DNA from: Phoronis australis
Lineage: Eukaryota > Animalia > Phoronida
NCBI GenBank assembly: GCA_002633005.1
Contig: NMRA01000153.1
Coordinates: 668,564 to 732,563 of the forward strand
DNA length: 64,000 nucleotides
Direction: 5' to 3'
Part shown: in pieces, positions 13,888 through 26,281 of the stretch
How positions within the stretch are numbered: position 1 is the stretch's first letter
Layout of the letters: each line of letters starts with the position of its first letter
Translations under genes and position numbers: made by a program
The notes under the pieces: model-generated
Databases searched by the model: none
The model's input: only the letters and a program-made list of their open reading frames with translations
Told to the model about the DNA's origin: nothing

Positions 13888-16019
13888 CGACAGGTCATTG
13901 ATAAAGCTATGACAACACTTTTCAAGTGATACATGTACAAGCATAATAGACCTGAATTTAATGATAGGTAGTTTGAAGCAGAAGAACGCACAATCTCTCG
14001 ACAAGTGACGGAGTGTTTTGGCCATATGTCAATGCTGTGATTGCTATGACATAGCGCCATCTATCATCAATTAAAAGTGACGAATGGAACCTCATTGTTT
14101 AGAAATGACTGAAACGGTCCTTCCGGCAACAATCTTGTACATTCCCTTTCATTTTAAGGAAAATTTTCTCTTGTTTCAATCTACAAATTTACAAATTAAT
14201 GTTGTATAAAAGTATTACAGTTTTTTGAAAGATATGCGTTTGTTCTTTTTATAATTGAACAGTTTTTTGTTGATCATGCAAAGGATATGATTTTGTGGAT
14301 CGTAGTTGTAATATGTGCATGTGTTCCTCTTCAATGTATCTCATCCTTGTATATTGTAATTTAGCTAGGTTTTGCTTTTAGTCTGTCCAGATTTTAACAT
14401 TTTAATGGAAATTGCGTTTTACTGACCTAATTTTGACATTTTCTTGGAAATCATGTTTTACTACAGTACTGTATTTTAGTATAAATTTATTTACATTACT
14501 TGAGAAGTGTTTTTTATTCTGTGGCCTGAAGTGCTCCAGAAAACAAGTTGTTAAGTCACACATTGAACCCTGAATGAATATCGTGACTACACCAAGCCCA
14601 TGAGGAATACATGTAAATTGTGTACCTTTGAAACCATGAAACAAGTGGCTCCTTATTTTAATATACAAGTATGTGTTAGCTGTACTTTGGGAGCAAGTTT
14701 TCAGAATTTGTTAAACGCACGACACTTTTCATTGTTCACAGTCATTCCATTACGTTCGTACTTTCGGAACAAAACTCTACTCTCAACTGAACATAGATGC
14801 AGTAACTGACCTAGCGACATAATTAAAAGACACACGATATTTCGAAACATACTCGTTTCACTCTCAAGTGAAGATAAAATGACTTAATGCCACCACAGAG
14901 TATAAGCTAATGACACACACAGTGAGACATGGTGGGTGTTATGATAGATTTTGAGAGCTTCACCACAATTATTTTCTTGACAAATTGCTATATTGGCCTT
15001 TATGCTCTTCAGCTTTTGATTATGTAACTTCTTGTCCTTCAGGTCTAACAAAATAGAGGAATGGTTTGAAAGATTCACCATTATTTGCAGCTCTTTTTCA
15101 CAAAATCCTGAGATCCTTTACTTCAACAAAGTGAATTCAATCATGCATCTATGCCTTTACTTTACACACAAGTTTGTGGAAACCGGTTTGCACAGAAACA
15201 TCTTACATGACAATGAACACACAGTAGCTGAAATATAACATGAGCAATGCAGTGTCTATATGCACCAGTGGATTACCCTTGACGTGTAGCTAAAGGTAAA
15301 CCAAAGCAGTGTTCATTGCATATACCAAGATCTAAGATAACCAGTGGACTACGAGAATTTGGAATACATTATAAAAAATTGCACATGCGTTTGCTGAAGT
15401 GTTGCTGGCAATGTTGAATTTTTAATCAAAGTACTTAATAGGTTAAAAAACATCATGCTTATCCGATCTTGAATTATTGCCAATTGAGCCATAAATTCAT
15501 GTCATGGGCAAGGTGTCACCATACATGCAACACTTTTTTGAAATCTGCATTTTTAGACTTGGTCAATTATAATGAGTCGCGGATGTCTTCAAGGTTCTTG
15601 TTGGTAATGGACACAGAATGCCATCATAGGGAATGTATGTTAACATGTAAGTAAAAGACCACTTTGATTTTCATTTTTAGCCAACTAAACTGAGCAAAAT
15701 GCAACTTTTATTGATGCACCAACTCGTATAAATTAAAAGTAATATTTGTGGCAAAGTCTCCCACAACTACTTGAATATAATCCAAATTGACAGCAAATTC
15801 ATTTTTTGTAAACTACAGTAAAGTCCCGCGATTTTCGGACGGCCCGCCATTTTCGACCAAGAAAAAATATTTCCGAAATGAGTTTTTCATAGTCCACGAA
15901 ATTCGTACAACGTCCAAAAACCGTTTTTCAATTATCCTCGAATTTCGGACAATGTCAGTAAAAATGACATAATTGTGATCCAACTGGGCCATGATGTTTC
16001 ATGCAAAAGGGCAAATTTT

Positions 16020-16712
16020 TGTGCCCGTAGCCTATGTCCTAAACCCAATTTAGCAACGGTATTTATATGAAGTTGACAAGGGATGACAACTTTCAAACGA
16101 ATCAGACGAACGCTGTGCCTCCTAGTGGCAATTTCATTTTTTCAGTCCTCTTTAGTTCCTTGATGGATTTTTATGGAATTTTGGTAATAGTTTTCTATAA
16201 AGGAAACAATGACATTTTTTTCGTATGGATTCTGCAACACCTTTTCTGCCATCTAGGGGCTATTTTTACTGTTCAACCAAACCACTCTAGGAATGGTTGT
16301 GAAACTTGGCATATTACGGTATATATGTTCTTAGTGCGAGGACTTGATGATTTTCCGACTTCGACTGCTGTGGCACCTCCTACTGGCAGTTTTGTTTTTT
16401 TTGTGTCCTACTGCAGGATCTTTGTTAAACTTAGCAAGTGTATTTATATTTAGATGACAACAAATGACGACTTTCAGATCCGACGAACATTGTGCCCTCT
16501 AGTGACAATTTCATTTTTTCGCTTTTCCTCTGAAGTTCCTCAATGGGTTTTTATGAAATTTGATAGCTTTCAAGAAACTGTGTTCCCGTTTAATATGGAC
16601 TCACCTATTTTGCGCCATCTAGTGGCCATTTTTACGACACAAATTAACACCCCTAGCACACCATTTGCAGTGCATTCGTGGGTGCATTTCAATGCTCAGA
16701 TTTGCTCTTGTT
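16020..16712 (+). mobile_element. Helentron-associated (HINE-like) non-autonomous repeat, copy 1
   Basis: Internal degenerate repeats with GAAACTTGGCA/ATGAAATTTGA and (G)CC.CTAGTGG motifs. The 3' end GTGCATTTCAATGCTCAG.TTGCTCTTGTT is shared with 23547 (reverse) and 36552. Family assignment is an inference. Confidence 0.55.
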
Positions 16713-16881
16713 CATAGAAGGCATGCTGCATCCAATAAATTATTAACTATATTCCAAGTTCTGTACCATCGCTACCACCTGAAAATTCTTTCAAAAAGTG
16801 TGGGTATTCACAAAGTTGGGAAGACATCTGGATAACAATGGATGCTGCGATGAAGACGTCAGTAATGAGCACTCAAATAAG

Positions 16882-17837
16882 CAGTGGCGGATCTAGGATA
16901 TCACAAGGGGGGGGCCCAACATTTTGTCCGGGTGTAAGCATTTGCGCAAACTGAACCACGATTGTAGATGCGCATAGCACCGAATGGGGGAGGTCGAAAT
17001 TTTTCTGATTTTACCTCTAAAAATCGAGCATTTTCCTGGATTCCTGAAGTATTATCCAAGAAAAAAGGCAAAAAAGGAGAACGTGTCAAACAGAAAAAAA
17101 CTGCAAGAACCAAAGACTCGAACTCACAACCTGGCGGATAAAGCGTGCGTGCGTTACCACTACACCACCACGATTTACCTACTAATTTCATACTAAGAGA
17201 CCTACTTGTTTATGGTCCACAGCGTTTGCGCGCGAAACCTACTTTTTTGTAATGCTTATTACACGTTTTATATTTTGTGCCATCAATTCTTAACAAATTT
17301 GTCGTATTTAAAATAGTCTTCAAATGCTCAAAAGACCAAATCCGTTTTTCGCGTTGGCAATAATGACACCGGGGATTGCTTTGGAAATCGTCTTAAGATA
17401 AGGTTTGACAAAGAGAGTATTGCGAGTTTCTGAGTGATTCACNNNNNNNNNNNNNNNNNNNNNNNNNNNNNNNNNNNNNNNNNNNNNNNNNNNNNNNNNN
17501 NNNNNNNNNNNNNNNNNNNNNNNNNNNNNNNNNNNNNNNNNNNNNNNNNNNNNNNNNNNNNNNNNNNNNNNNNNNNNNNNNNNNNNNNNNNNNNNNNNNN
17601 NNNNNNNNNNNNNNNNNNNNNNNNNNNNNNNNNNNNNNNNNNNNNNNNNNNNNNNNNNNNNNNNNNNNNNNNNNNNNNNNNNNNNNNNNNNNNNNNNNNN
17701 NNNNNNNNNNNNNNNNNNNNNNNNNNNNNNNNNNNNNNNNNNNNNNNNNNNNNNNNNNNNNNNNNNNNNNNNNNNNNNNNNNNNNNNNNNNNNNNNNNNN
17801 NNNNNNNNNNNNNNNGCCCCCCCTAAATCCGCCTATG
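16882..17837. mobile_element. hAT-type MITE (CAGTGGCGGATCTAG family) spanning an assembly gap, containing a tRNA-like segment
   Basis: Left end CAGTGGCGGATCTAGG; right end CCCTAAATCCGCCTATG. Internal A/B-box-like segment on the minus strand (17110-17172). TSD not confirmed; the gap at 17443-17815 may join two copies. Confidence 0.5.
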
Positions 17838-17937
17838 AATAAGAATAGAAATGAAGTAGCACACTTGACAAACATAAAGGAAACAATACTTTTCAATATT
17901 TTATTTTTTGTTTTCTTTGTACATGTGAATTCCAGAT

Positions 17938-20900
17938 TTAGAAAATCATTTTGTGTGGATAGTCATGGCTTCCCAAAGAGAACATGGCACCCAGATATCC
18001 AAACAACAGTTTCTTCTCTGGACTTTTACGAATAACCTCGAGTAGTTGAGTATCAACGGCTACCTGGTCTTCTTTGCGCTCGTCGCTGACTGAATACGAC
18101 TGAAACAGAAAAGAACATACCTTCAGTTGGTGACACTCATTATGTCTCGGTAATAGTCAGATATAACGAGCCCATATTCTGAGAACTAGTTTTCTCAAAT
18201 TGCTGACACATTACATCTGACTATTATCCATGTCTCGCCAGCAGAGATGTTCTTTTTAGTCATAGCAACCAAATTTTGAGTGCCATTATGGGACCCAATA
18301 ATCTCGCTCATTTTCCTATAAACAGATAGCCTGGAACAAAATAAAGTATACACAACACCAGACACTGATATTGCGATAATGTAAATCAGATTTACAATGC
18401 TGACGACTTCACTGTATTTATGAAGCTTAATGAGCAGTTACTTTTTGAACCCAACCCTGGAAAGAGAATCAGAGTGTTGACAGAAATTTGTTTTGATCTT
18501 GACTAAAATATCGTGTTTGTGTCTATCACTTCTTACAAAACATTCACATTAAGCCTGCACTGTCATACTTGTATTTAAAATTGTATTTATATTATGTGTT
18601 GAGGTACCACTCAAGGTTCCAGAGGACTGACAGTAGTTACGAACCCTTGCGCATTACGAGAATTGAGCGAAGATGACTCGAATCCAGGATGTAATCTCAG
18701 GGTTCCATTGCCACAAGATAAGTCAAACCTATGAACTCAAACTCTTTGTCACAGAAGTTGGAACTGTGCTGTACAACAAGCTTAAACAGACTCGGAGTGT
18801 GAAATGAAGTTCGCATGTTAAAAGCTCAACCTTCCATAGATTATATGCATCAGTCAACTACCAGTAAATACAGTGACAAACTTAGTGAGCTGTCAACTTC
18901 ATGGACTTCGAGGTCTCATGTAAAGAACTACAAAGCAAAATTGCAGATGCTTGCCCATCTCAAACGAGGTCTGTTACAGAAGGGTTCAAATTTAGTACGA
19001 ATTTAGGGGCACAATGTCTCAGATTTTCTCAAATTTGCATACAGACTTAGAAACAAGAGGCACATAAATGCTTGTAACTATTTGTTTTACGCTATTTTTA
19101 TACATCTGAACACCCTTGAACATGATGCTTTTGCATCAGCTTCCAACAGTTAGAAACAAAAAGTTCTTTTGTGAGATTAGAGTTTAGGTACACACAAATG
19201 TGTCTTGACTTCCCGAATCTACTCTACAAACATGAAAGCTGATTTCAAGTTAACGTATTTCCACCACGTATCAGACTCTGGATTTGGAGACAAAATTCTG
19301 GCACTTTCAACCATTTTCCATAGTAAGAAGACTAACCTCTTTCTGAGTGTCGAAGATTTCGCCCTCAGTGTGCTTGGGCTTGTTTAGTGTCTTCCTACGG
19401 AAGTAGTCGTCGTTGACACGTTCCGGTACATTGACGCTACTGATGTCCAGCTGGGTCTTGGTGGCGATGACGTACTGCTGGTTGATACGTCTCAGGGGAC
19501 AGCCATTCAAGTGGTACGGCCCTGTAAGAAAACCAGACGCAGATGCAGTGGACATAACACAATATGATGATTCATAGTTTGGTAAGGAACATCACGAGTG
19601 CATGTGAACAGAGGAAACATTGAAATTCACAAACATGGTGAGCCCAACAGAACACATTCATAAACGACTGTCAGCATACAGTTAAAGCAGCCATAGAACC
19701 ACGGACCATCAAAAGCGATGATTTTGTTTAGATCACTTATCACTACAGAATTGATCTGAACTTCATCTTTATGCAGAAAGGAAATGATTTTTGTTTTCCA
19801 AAGAACTGAAATTGTTATTCTCCCACCCCCCCCCAAGGACCATGCCGAGCACATAAAATGACGGGGCTTGACATGAGAATTGTCGAGCCTGGGTAGAGCT
19901 TAATAATGCCAGGACCTTGCTAGAAAAACCAGACTTCATGAGATATTGCTTTGTATTTTAAACGAGAACGTGATAATGCTAGATATTTTAAGTTGCCAGA
20001 CAGCTACTGAACTCTACCCTGGTCTCAAGTACTAACAGCCAGTTCTTATGAAGCTCTCAATCCCCTATACTTGCCAAAGGACCATTTTAAGACCCAATTT
20101 CACACAGAACAGTGTCTTCAATTAACATTAGTGTTTTGTGACGGATGACAGGTTTGTAATCCCAATTTAAATGTTATAATTTCCAGCTTGATGACCTACT
20201 TATTTTTGTCAGGCAATGTGTAATAAAATAGTGACTAATTGTTACATGAATAAATACATGTAGTCAACTACTACTGTCATTTCATGTTAAAACCCCCTTA
20301 CCAGTGACGAGGAGTAAACCAGATCCCAACTGCTTCAAGAAGACAACTCTCTGAAAACAAAATGTTCATTTTAGTCAAATACTTAGTACATTGAGATACG
20401 TGACTTAACAGGTGTCAATATCATAGAAAGCTTTTGGAAATATTCATATCAAAAATCCCAACACAGAAATATTCATATCAAAAATCCCAACACAGAAAGT
20501 CATAATTAACACTTCAGGACACAACTCATCCCAACAATTCCCATTTCTTCACATTTCACATTTTGAATACCTTAAGGTAGGTGGATACACAAAAAATTAA
20601 TTTTGACTGTTTTTTACATTTTCATATCATCCTAATCTTTAATTCTTGATGCACAGTATACTGAAGAAAAATAAAATCATTCTGAAAATCCAAAGTTGTT
20701 TTTTTAGCTATATTTGACCAAACCTCAGTAAGTCATATGGCTTGAGTGCTCACCAGCTCAGTGATTGACAACTGGGGCGGAGCTTATATACAAGGACACT
20801 AGCTCTAATCTAACCCTGTCAACAAGCATTGCGTAACCGGGCAATCGAGAGTGATGTACCAGCTGATATTGGTGTTGTAGCAAGACCAAGAATAAAATAA

Positions 20901-23900
20901 TTCTATTTTTGACCATGTGAAAGTTAGTAGTGAAATGGTGAACTAGCTCCTGTTCCGAGCCTGAGCCTGTTTGTCTATCTGCAAAAAAATTAAGTTGAGT
21001 ACGCCAAGCCCTACCGAAGCCATCACTGCACTCAGCTTGAGGAGTCCGTGCAGAAATTGTGCATGTATAAGAGAAGTCGGTAATATAAGGTCAGTTGTCT
21101 TGCGAGAGGACGCTGAGTGTCGACGTGGGTGGTGTTGCACGATTCGGTGAGAGTGCATACACGCGCTGTGAAGACAAGCCGCGCGCGCGACACATGGACA
21201 ACTACATGCCGTCAGAGTAGAGTCTTCGCAGATAAACCGTGCTTCTGTGCTGGGAACGTGCCGTGGAGAAACTAGGTTGTCAAACCCAGAGGATTTTTAA
21301 CTTGCCACTGGCCGTAACCCAAAGAATTAGAGAAATGACCCAGTGTTCAACATAACAAAAAATTTTCTAGTGCATAGATTCAAACGTAACCCTGAATTAA
21401 AACTCATGATATTATACGATTTTAGAGGAAAGCAATATAAGAAACTTTAGTAACTTGAGAATCTCACCCAAGCGGCGCTATTTGCGCAGAAAGTGATATT
21501 TTCTTATCCCAAAGTCCATTCGGTACAGGCACGTAAAAATGTTGAACCATTACTATGAAAGTAGTTCTTTATCCTCGTCGCCAATATTGTTATGTAGGCA
21601 GTAACGCGGCGATTTGATATAACACATATATTGGTTGATGATAATATTGGAATACTAACAAATAGGTCTGTGTAATATAGTTAGAGAGTCTTTTACAAAC
21701 TGAGTGGAGAGTTCAGATGAATCGTATAAACAATCAACACATGGTGGTCGGCACACCAGTACAGCAGACAATAGATCAACGCTAAGCTCCGCCCACGTGA
21801 CAGCCATATTTGTTTTGGTCGTCTGTCGTGCATCACAAGTTCGAAAAAATGATTAAAATTACGCTGTAAACAAACAGGTATGTCACATTTTCTAAATATG
21901 AAGTAAATATCAGCTTTATTTCTAGTACTTCAACAAAAATTGGAACATAATGACCACGCATTCTGAACGAAATTTGATCTCAAGTGGCAATCGATGACCG
22001 CTTAACTTCAAAGCCGTTTTTCTCGGCTCGTGATTTCAGGATAGTGACACGATTCTCGGGCCTATTTTTCCACAACACGTGGGTCAATTTTAACGAAAGT
22101 TGCAAATTTGAAATCCTCTTGGACTGAAGTAAAATCGCGTGCCAGGGTTTTTTGATAAATGGACCAGATTTTTAGTTATTAGACGGAAAGTGACCAAATG
22201 ACAAAAAGTGGCGTGCTTGCCCCAAGTCACACACAAAAAATGATCATAATGATTTTGTACATATATTTAGTATGGATAAGTAGAATATTGCGTAAGGAAA
22301 TAGTTGATGATGATCCCTGTGCATTTTGAAAAAAAATTCGAGGTAAAATTGGATTTGTTGAAAATTAAAAAATACGATTTAAAAAAAAAAACGAACTACA
22401 AAAAAAACATTTTTTTCGATTTTTGTCACTTTCAGAATCATGTCTAACTAGTTAAAACTCCCTTTTTACTCATTTAAGTTAGAAACCTGGAGATTTGATC
22501 AGTGTATACACCTACCTTAACAGTACTATTAGTTTAGTCATATAAAGTCTTCACTGACGTTCTATCGAAAAAAGGAAAGGTGAGCACAAGCTTTGTACAT
22601 AATCTGCTGTTTTTGTTCAAGGAACAGATTAGGAACATTTAAACCAACTGCAGTGAAAAATTCATAGAAAGATTTCCAAAAAATAAACCTGCTGATGCAC
22701 AAGTGTATAATGTTCTGTCCAAGTCTTGTTTCATTACTAAGTGCGCCCTCTACCTCAGTTTGCAAAAGCTTGGAATTAGATCATACAAACTCACAATAAA
22801 TGGCGTACAATGACGAAGCACAAACCTTTAATAACCTACCTTGCCCTTGTGCCTGCCAGCTACAAGGATGAGGACAGTGCCTGGAGTGATGGAAGCCCTA
22901 AGCTTCCTTTTGTGTTGACTGAAGTATTTCTTTTTGTACGTCCTCAGTTTCCTTTGTTTATCCTCAGTAGGATAGAACCGAGGCTGAAATGACAAAGCAG
23001 TAACTGAGCCTCTTAAAGCAACCCCTCCCAATAGTTTTCTTCAAAAGCTATAATTTAATGATTATTTAATGCCATTGATGTTCACAATGCACAAATACAC
23101 CTCAGTGAAACATTTGTGTCAAATACAGCCAACACACGGTGCTGCAGTGCCTAAAATCCCCGCATATTCAAGGATGCGTTTCTAAAAATGAAAACATTCG
23201 ACTTCAATTCTGAAACTGTTACGTGAACTGGAACTGGCCAACATGGATCTATGAAAGTAAAAGGTGCATTTCAGGTATTAGATTGATGCGACTGTTTCTG
23301 ATTTGAAAACCAGTTACTCCAAGACCTGCACTTTTTGAGACGTTTGCATTGCCCCAAAAGCGTTTGAATTGCCCACCAACACCTTTGGATATTTAATTGT
23401 GAATGCTGCAAATAAAATAGTCATAAGTTTGTAAGTTCTGAGAGAATTTCAGATCAATAAATATTTATCTCATTGTGTACTTTACTCGCTGCAAACAAGG
23501 GAGCACATTTTGATGCGATATGACATAACACTAGCATACATACATAAACAAGAGCAACGCAGAGCATTGAAATGCGCCCACAATTGCACCGCATACGGTA
23601 TCCTTCTAGGGTTGTTTATTGGTACCATAAAGTGGCCAGTAGAGGGCATATATGTAGTATGTTGTACTTTGCAAAATGGACAGGCATGGTCATTGTCTCC
23701 TCAATAGGCTAGGGGCAAAATGTGAGTGATCTTCATAAAACAAGCACATCCTATACATCAGTTGCTTAAAGCACCACAGAAACATAGAATTAAAAACAAA
23801 TTTACCAACATACGAGATTAGCACAGCATTAGAATGCCAGAAACAAATTTCTACTTGGAACTTTTCCTTCATAGTCACGAAGTAACACAAAGTATACACC

Positions 23901-25235
23901 TGAAGACCTATGAAAATACAATGGTCAATGTAAAATACTAAAATTGCCACTAGAGGCATACCGGTAGTCAAAATCATCCTAAAGTCGTCATCGTGCGTTG
24001 TCAACATCACATAAATACACTTGCTAAATTTAGTAAAGATCCTGCAAACGGTTTGGGAGATACAGACATGGGCGCAAAAAAAACTGCCACTAGGAGACGC
24101 CACAGTAATCAGTCATGGGAAATTCAGCGTCAACCGTCCTCTTCATAGTAAGAACATACATGCCAATTTTCACAATCATACTTATAGCGGTTTGGTTGAT
24201 AGAGGGGTGGACACCAAAAAACAGACTCAAAAACAGTAAAAATGGNNNNNNNNNNNNNNNNNNTACCTTCCCTTTTGAATCCAACCCCGCCCCCCGCAAA
24301 TGCACCCACACCTATAGCAATTTTCCGCCAATCCGTATCCGCCAGAATTCGGGTCATTTTTTCACGGAGTCATTATTTATGCTACCCTGGCACAGTGGGG
24401 TATGACGTCATCAGCGGGTGAAACGACAAAACCTTTTTTAAAAATCTCTTTTAACTAAGTTGGAGTTTTGCGTTTTCTCATTGGGTTCATTTTTGGACTC
24501 TTGCGAACGTTAGTTAGTTTGCGTTTGCGAGAAGACAACACGTGTTCTCTCGCGAACGTGACCCCGTTCGCGAGAACAACGCCGGTCCTCTCGCGAACGT
24601 GAGTTCATTGGCGGACATCTTGGATCGAGGAAAAACGCTCAGGAGGCGAACATAATTTGTCGCGTATCTTCTCAAATGTTGTAGATTTCACGAAAAAGTG
24701 TGTGTAGAGTGGCGCGCGTGATCCATAAGAGTGGGTAATTGTATATTGCGACACTTCATTTTATTTTTTAAGTATTCCTGACAGAATTTGAAATGGGACC
24801 AACTTATCCGACTATTACCGAATACTACTACTAGAAGTATGTTCTAACAGATCACAATAAGCTCCTATGGCTGCAACCAAACATTAAACATGTCTGAAGT
24901 ATCACTTCAAATACTTTTGATTCAGTTCAAATTGGTTAACGTGATAGTTGGCCCCAAAAACAAAGCGTAGGGGGGGTCCTGGTGAACACCACTCCATGAG
25001 GTGGTCAGGCAGGTGACAATAAGTGACATACCATTCTCTGGACGCGCACAGTTCTGGTGCTCCCATTCTTGTCCCCACCAATCTCCTTGGTCACAACACG
25101 GGCTGTAGACTGGCTCTTGCCACCCTTTTTCTGGCCCTTTTTTGCCCATCTACTCCTGTTTTTCTTCTGGTTCATGCGGGATGAGGAAAACCTCATTATC
25201 CCACTGCCAGCCAACTCGTAGTTTCTGGCTCCCAT
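17938..25235 (-). CDS. RPL6: 60S ribosomal protein L6 (eL6), 247 aa, 5 coding exons
   Basis: Exons 25235-25032, 22983-22840, 20350-20302, 19521-19337 and 18099-17938 join in frame with GT-AG sites. Motifs [69 protein letters not shown]. Confidence 0.97.
18149..18229. mobile_element. About 80 bp micro-MITE with GG-terminal TIRs and a 7-8 bp TSD (Merlin-like)
   Basis: GGTAATAGTCAGATATAA ... TTACATCTGACTATTATCC flanked by ATGTCTC(G) at 18142 and 18230; in the last RPL6 intron. Confidence 0.65.
19889..20021. mobile_element. Short degenerate hAT-like MITE
   Basis: CTGGGTAGAGCT ... AACTCTACCCTG inverted termini; no clear TSD. Confidence 0.35.
20576..22516. mobile_element. 1.94 kb non-autonomous Kolobok-like DNA transposon in an RPL6 intron
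   Basis: TTAA|GGTAGGTGGATACAC ... GTGTATACACCTACC|TTAA: TTAA TSD (20572-20575, 22517-22520) and purine-purine termini. CpG-rich interior; no intact transposase recognised. Confidence 0.8.
23547..24105 (-). mobile_element. HINE-like repeat, copy 2 (reverse orientation)
   Basis: AACAAGAGCAACGCAGAGCATTGAAATGC end; 23940-24100 is the reverse complement of the 16370-16510-type block (ACACTTGCTAAATTTAGTAAAGATCCTGCA). Confidence 0.6.
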
Positions 25236-25573
25236 CTGCAACAAATTTCGAAAATGAACAGGTGATATTTACGTTAAAACATGCGAGATACAGAAATGAT
25301 ACAGCTTCTCAACCAGAGGGATCAATTATTTGGTGTCTGTGCTGTAATCGACCGAGGAACTGGGATTGTCCCTGGACTGAGCAAGGGACAATATTTACCA
25401 GTTTACTAGTACCTTGATTTAGACGAATTTAAGTACATTCAAGAAAAAATGGTATGTGATACGACAGTTGAAACCAACAAGTGCTAAACTATGGAAATTA
25501 CGGATAGATGCCTTCTACAAAGTTGCGATTTCTGTTCGATAGTAAACGGTTTCTCACGACACCGTTTACTCAC

Positions 25574-25682
25574 TTTGGCCAAGATGTCGGAAAAGGCCGT
25601 TCATCCGGGTTTTCGAAGCACAAGAAATGGTGACGTAGTACACACCGGTTATCACTTCCAAAGCCAATAACGCACATTGCTG
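25574..25682. promoter_or_regulatory. Compact bidirectional promoter RPL6/INO80E; RPL6 5'TOP non-coding exon 1
   Basis: Minus strand CTTTTCCGACATCTTGGCCAAA|GTGAGT (about 25595-25574) is a TOP-type start plus donor. Plus-strand donor CTG|GTAAGT at 25682/25683 can join the acceptor at 26271/26272 upstream of the INO80E ATG. Confidence 0.7.
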
Positions 25683-26281
25683 GTAAGTTATGAAGTGTTA
25701 TGATCAGTTACAACCCGAATTCCCCGTGGAAAAGACCAAAATAACAGTTTGTAAACGTGTTGGTATGTATGGATAGCTTAGTGTGTTATTTAAGCTAATT
25801 CTTAATTGTGTAGTAATAGCCGAGATTACCCGACCCGCCGACCCGGGAATTGAACCAGCGAACCCCATAATAAAACCTGAGAGCGTGCTAACCCATTCAT
25901 GATTCATCTAATAGGCAATTGCCCGTTAGCGAGTAGCGAAAAGAGGCTCATATCATTCACCGGAAGCACATATACAACACCGAATACGGAATAGACAACC
26001 ATGCATTAATGGTAGACTTACACAAGTCACACAGACACGTCCCCTATTGGTGCTGCCTGCATCCTTGCGACGGTACTAACAGTCAGTATATCTGCCTGTC
26101 CGCAGTGACAGTGATTAGTTAAATAGAAAAGTTCACCGCACATCTGTAAAATTCCTTCTTCCCCTCCACAGCAGTCTCCTGGAACAAGAACCTGCCCACG
26201 TCATTGTTGCTTCCTCTCCAAGAGAGATAGAGTCGCCTTCATTGCGGTTACCTTATCTGTCTTTTTTCCAGAATTCAACAA

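Noticed and set aside
19880-20030. H/ACA snoRNA (stem followed by ACA) in an RPL6 intron
   Set aside because: The stem has CAGGGTAGAG-type termini typical of hAT MITEs, and no H box was found.
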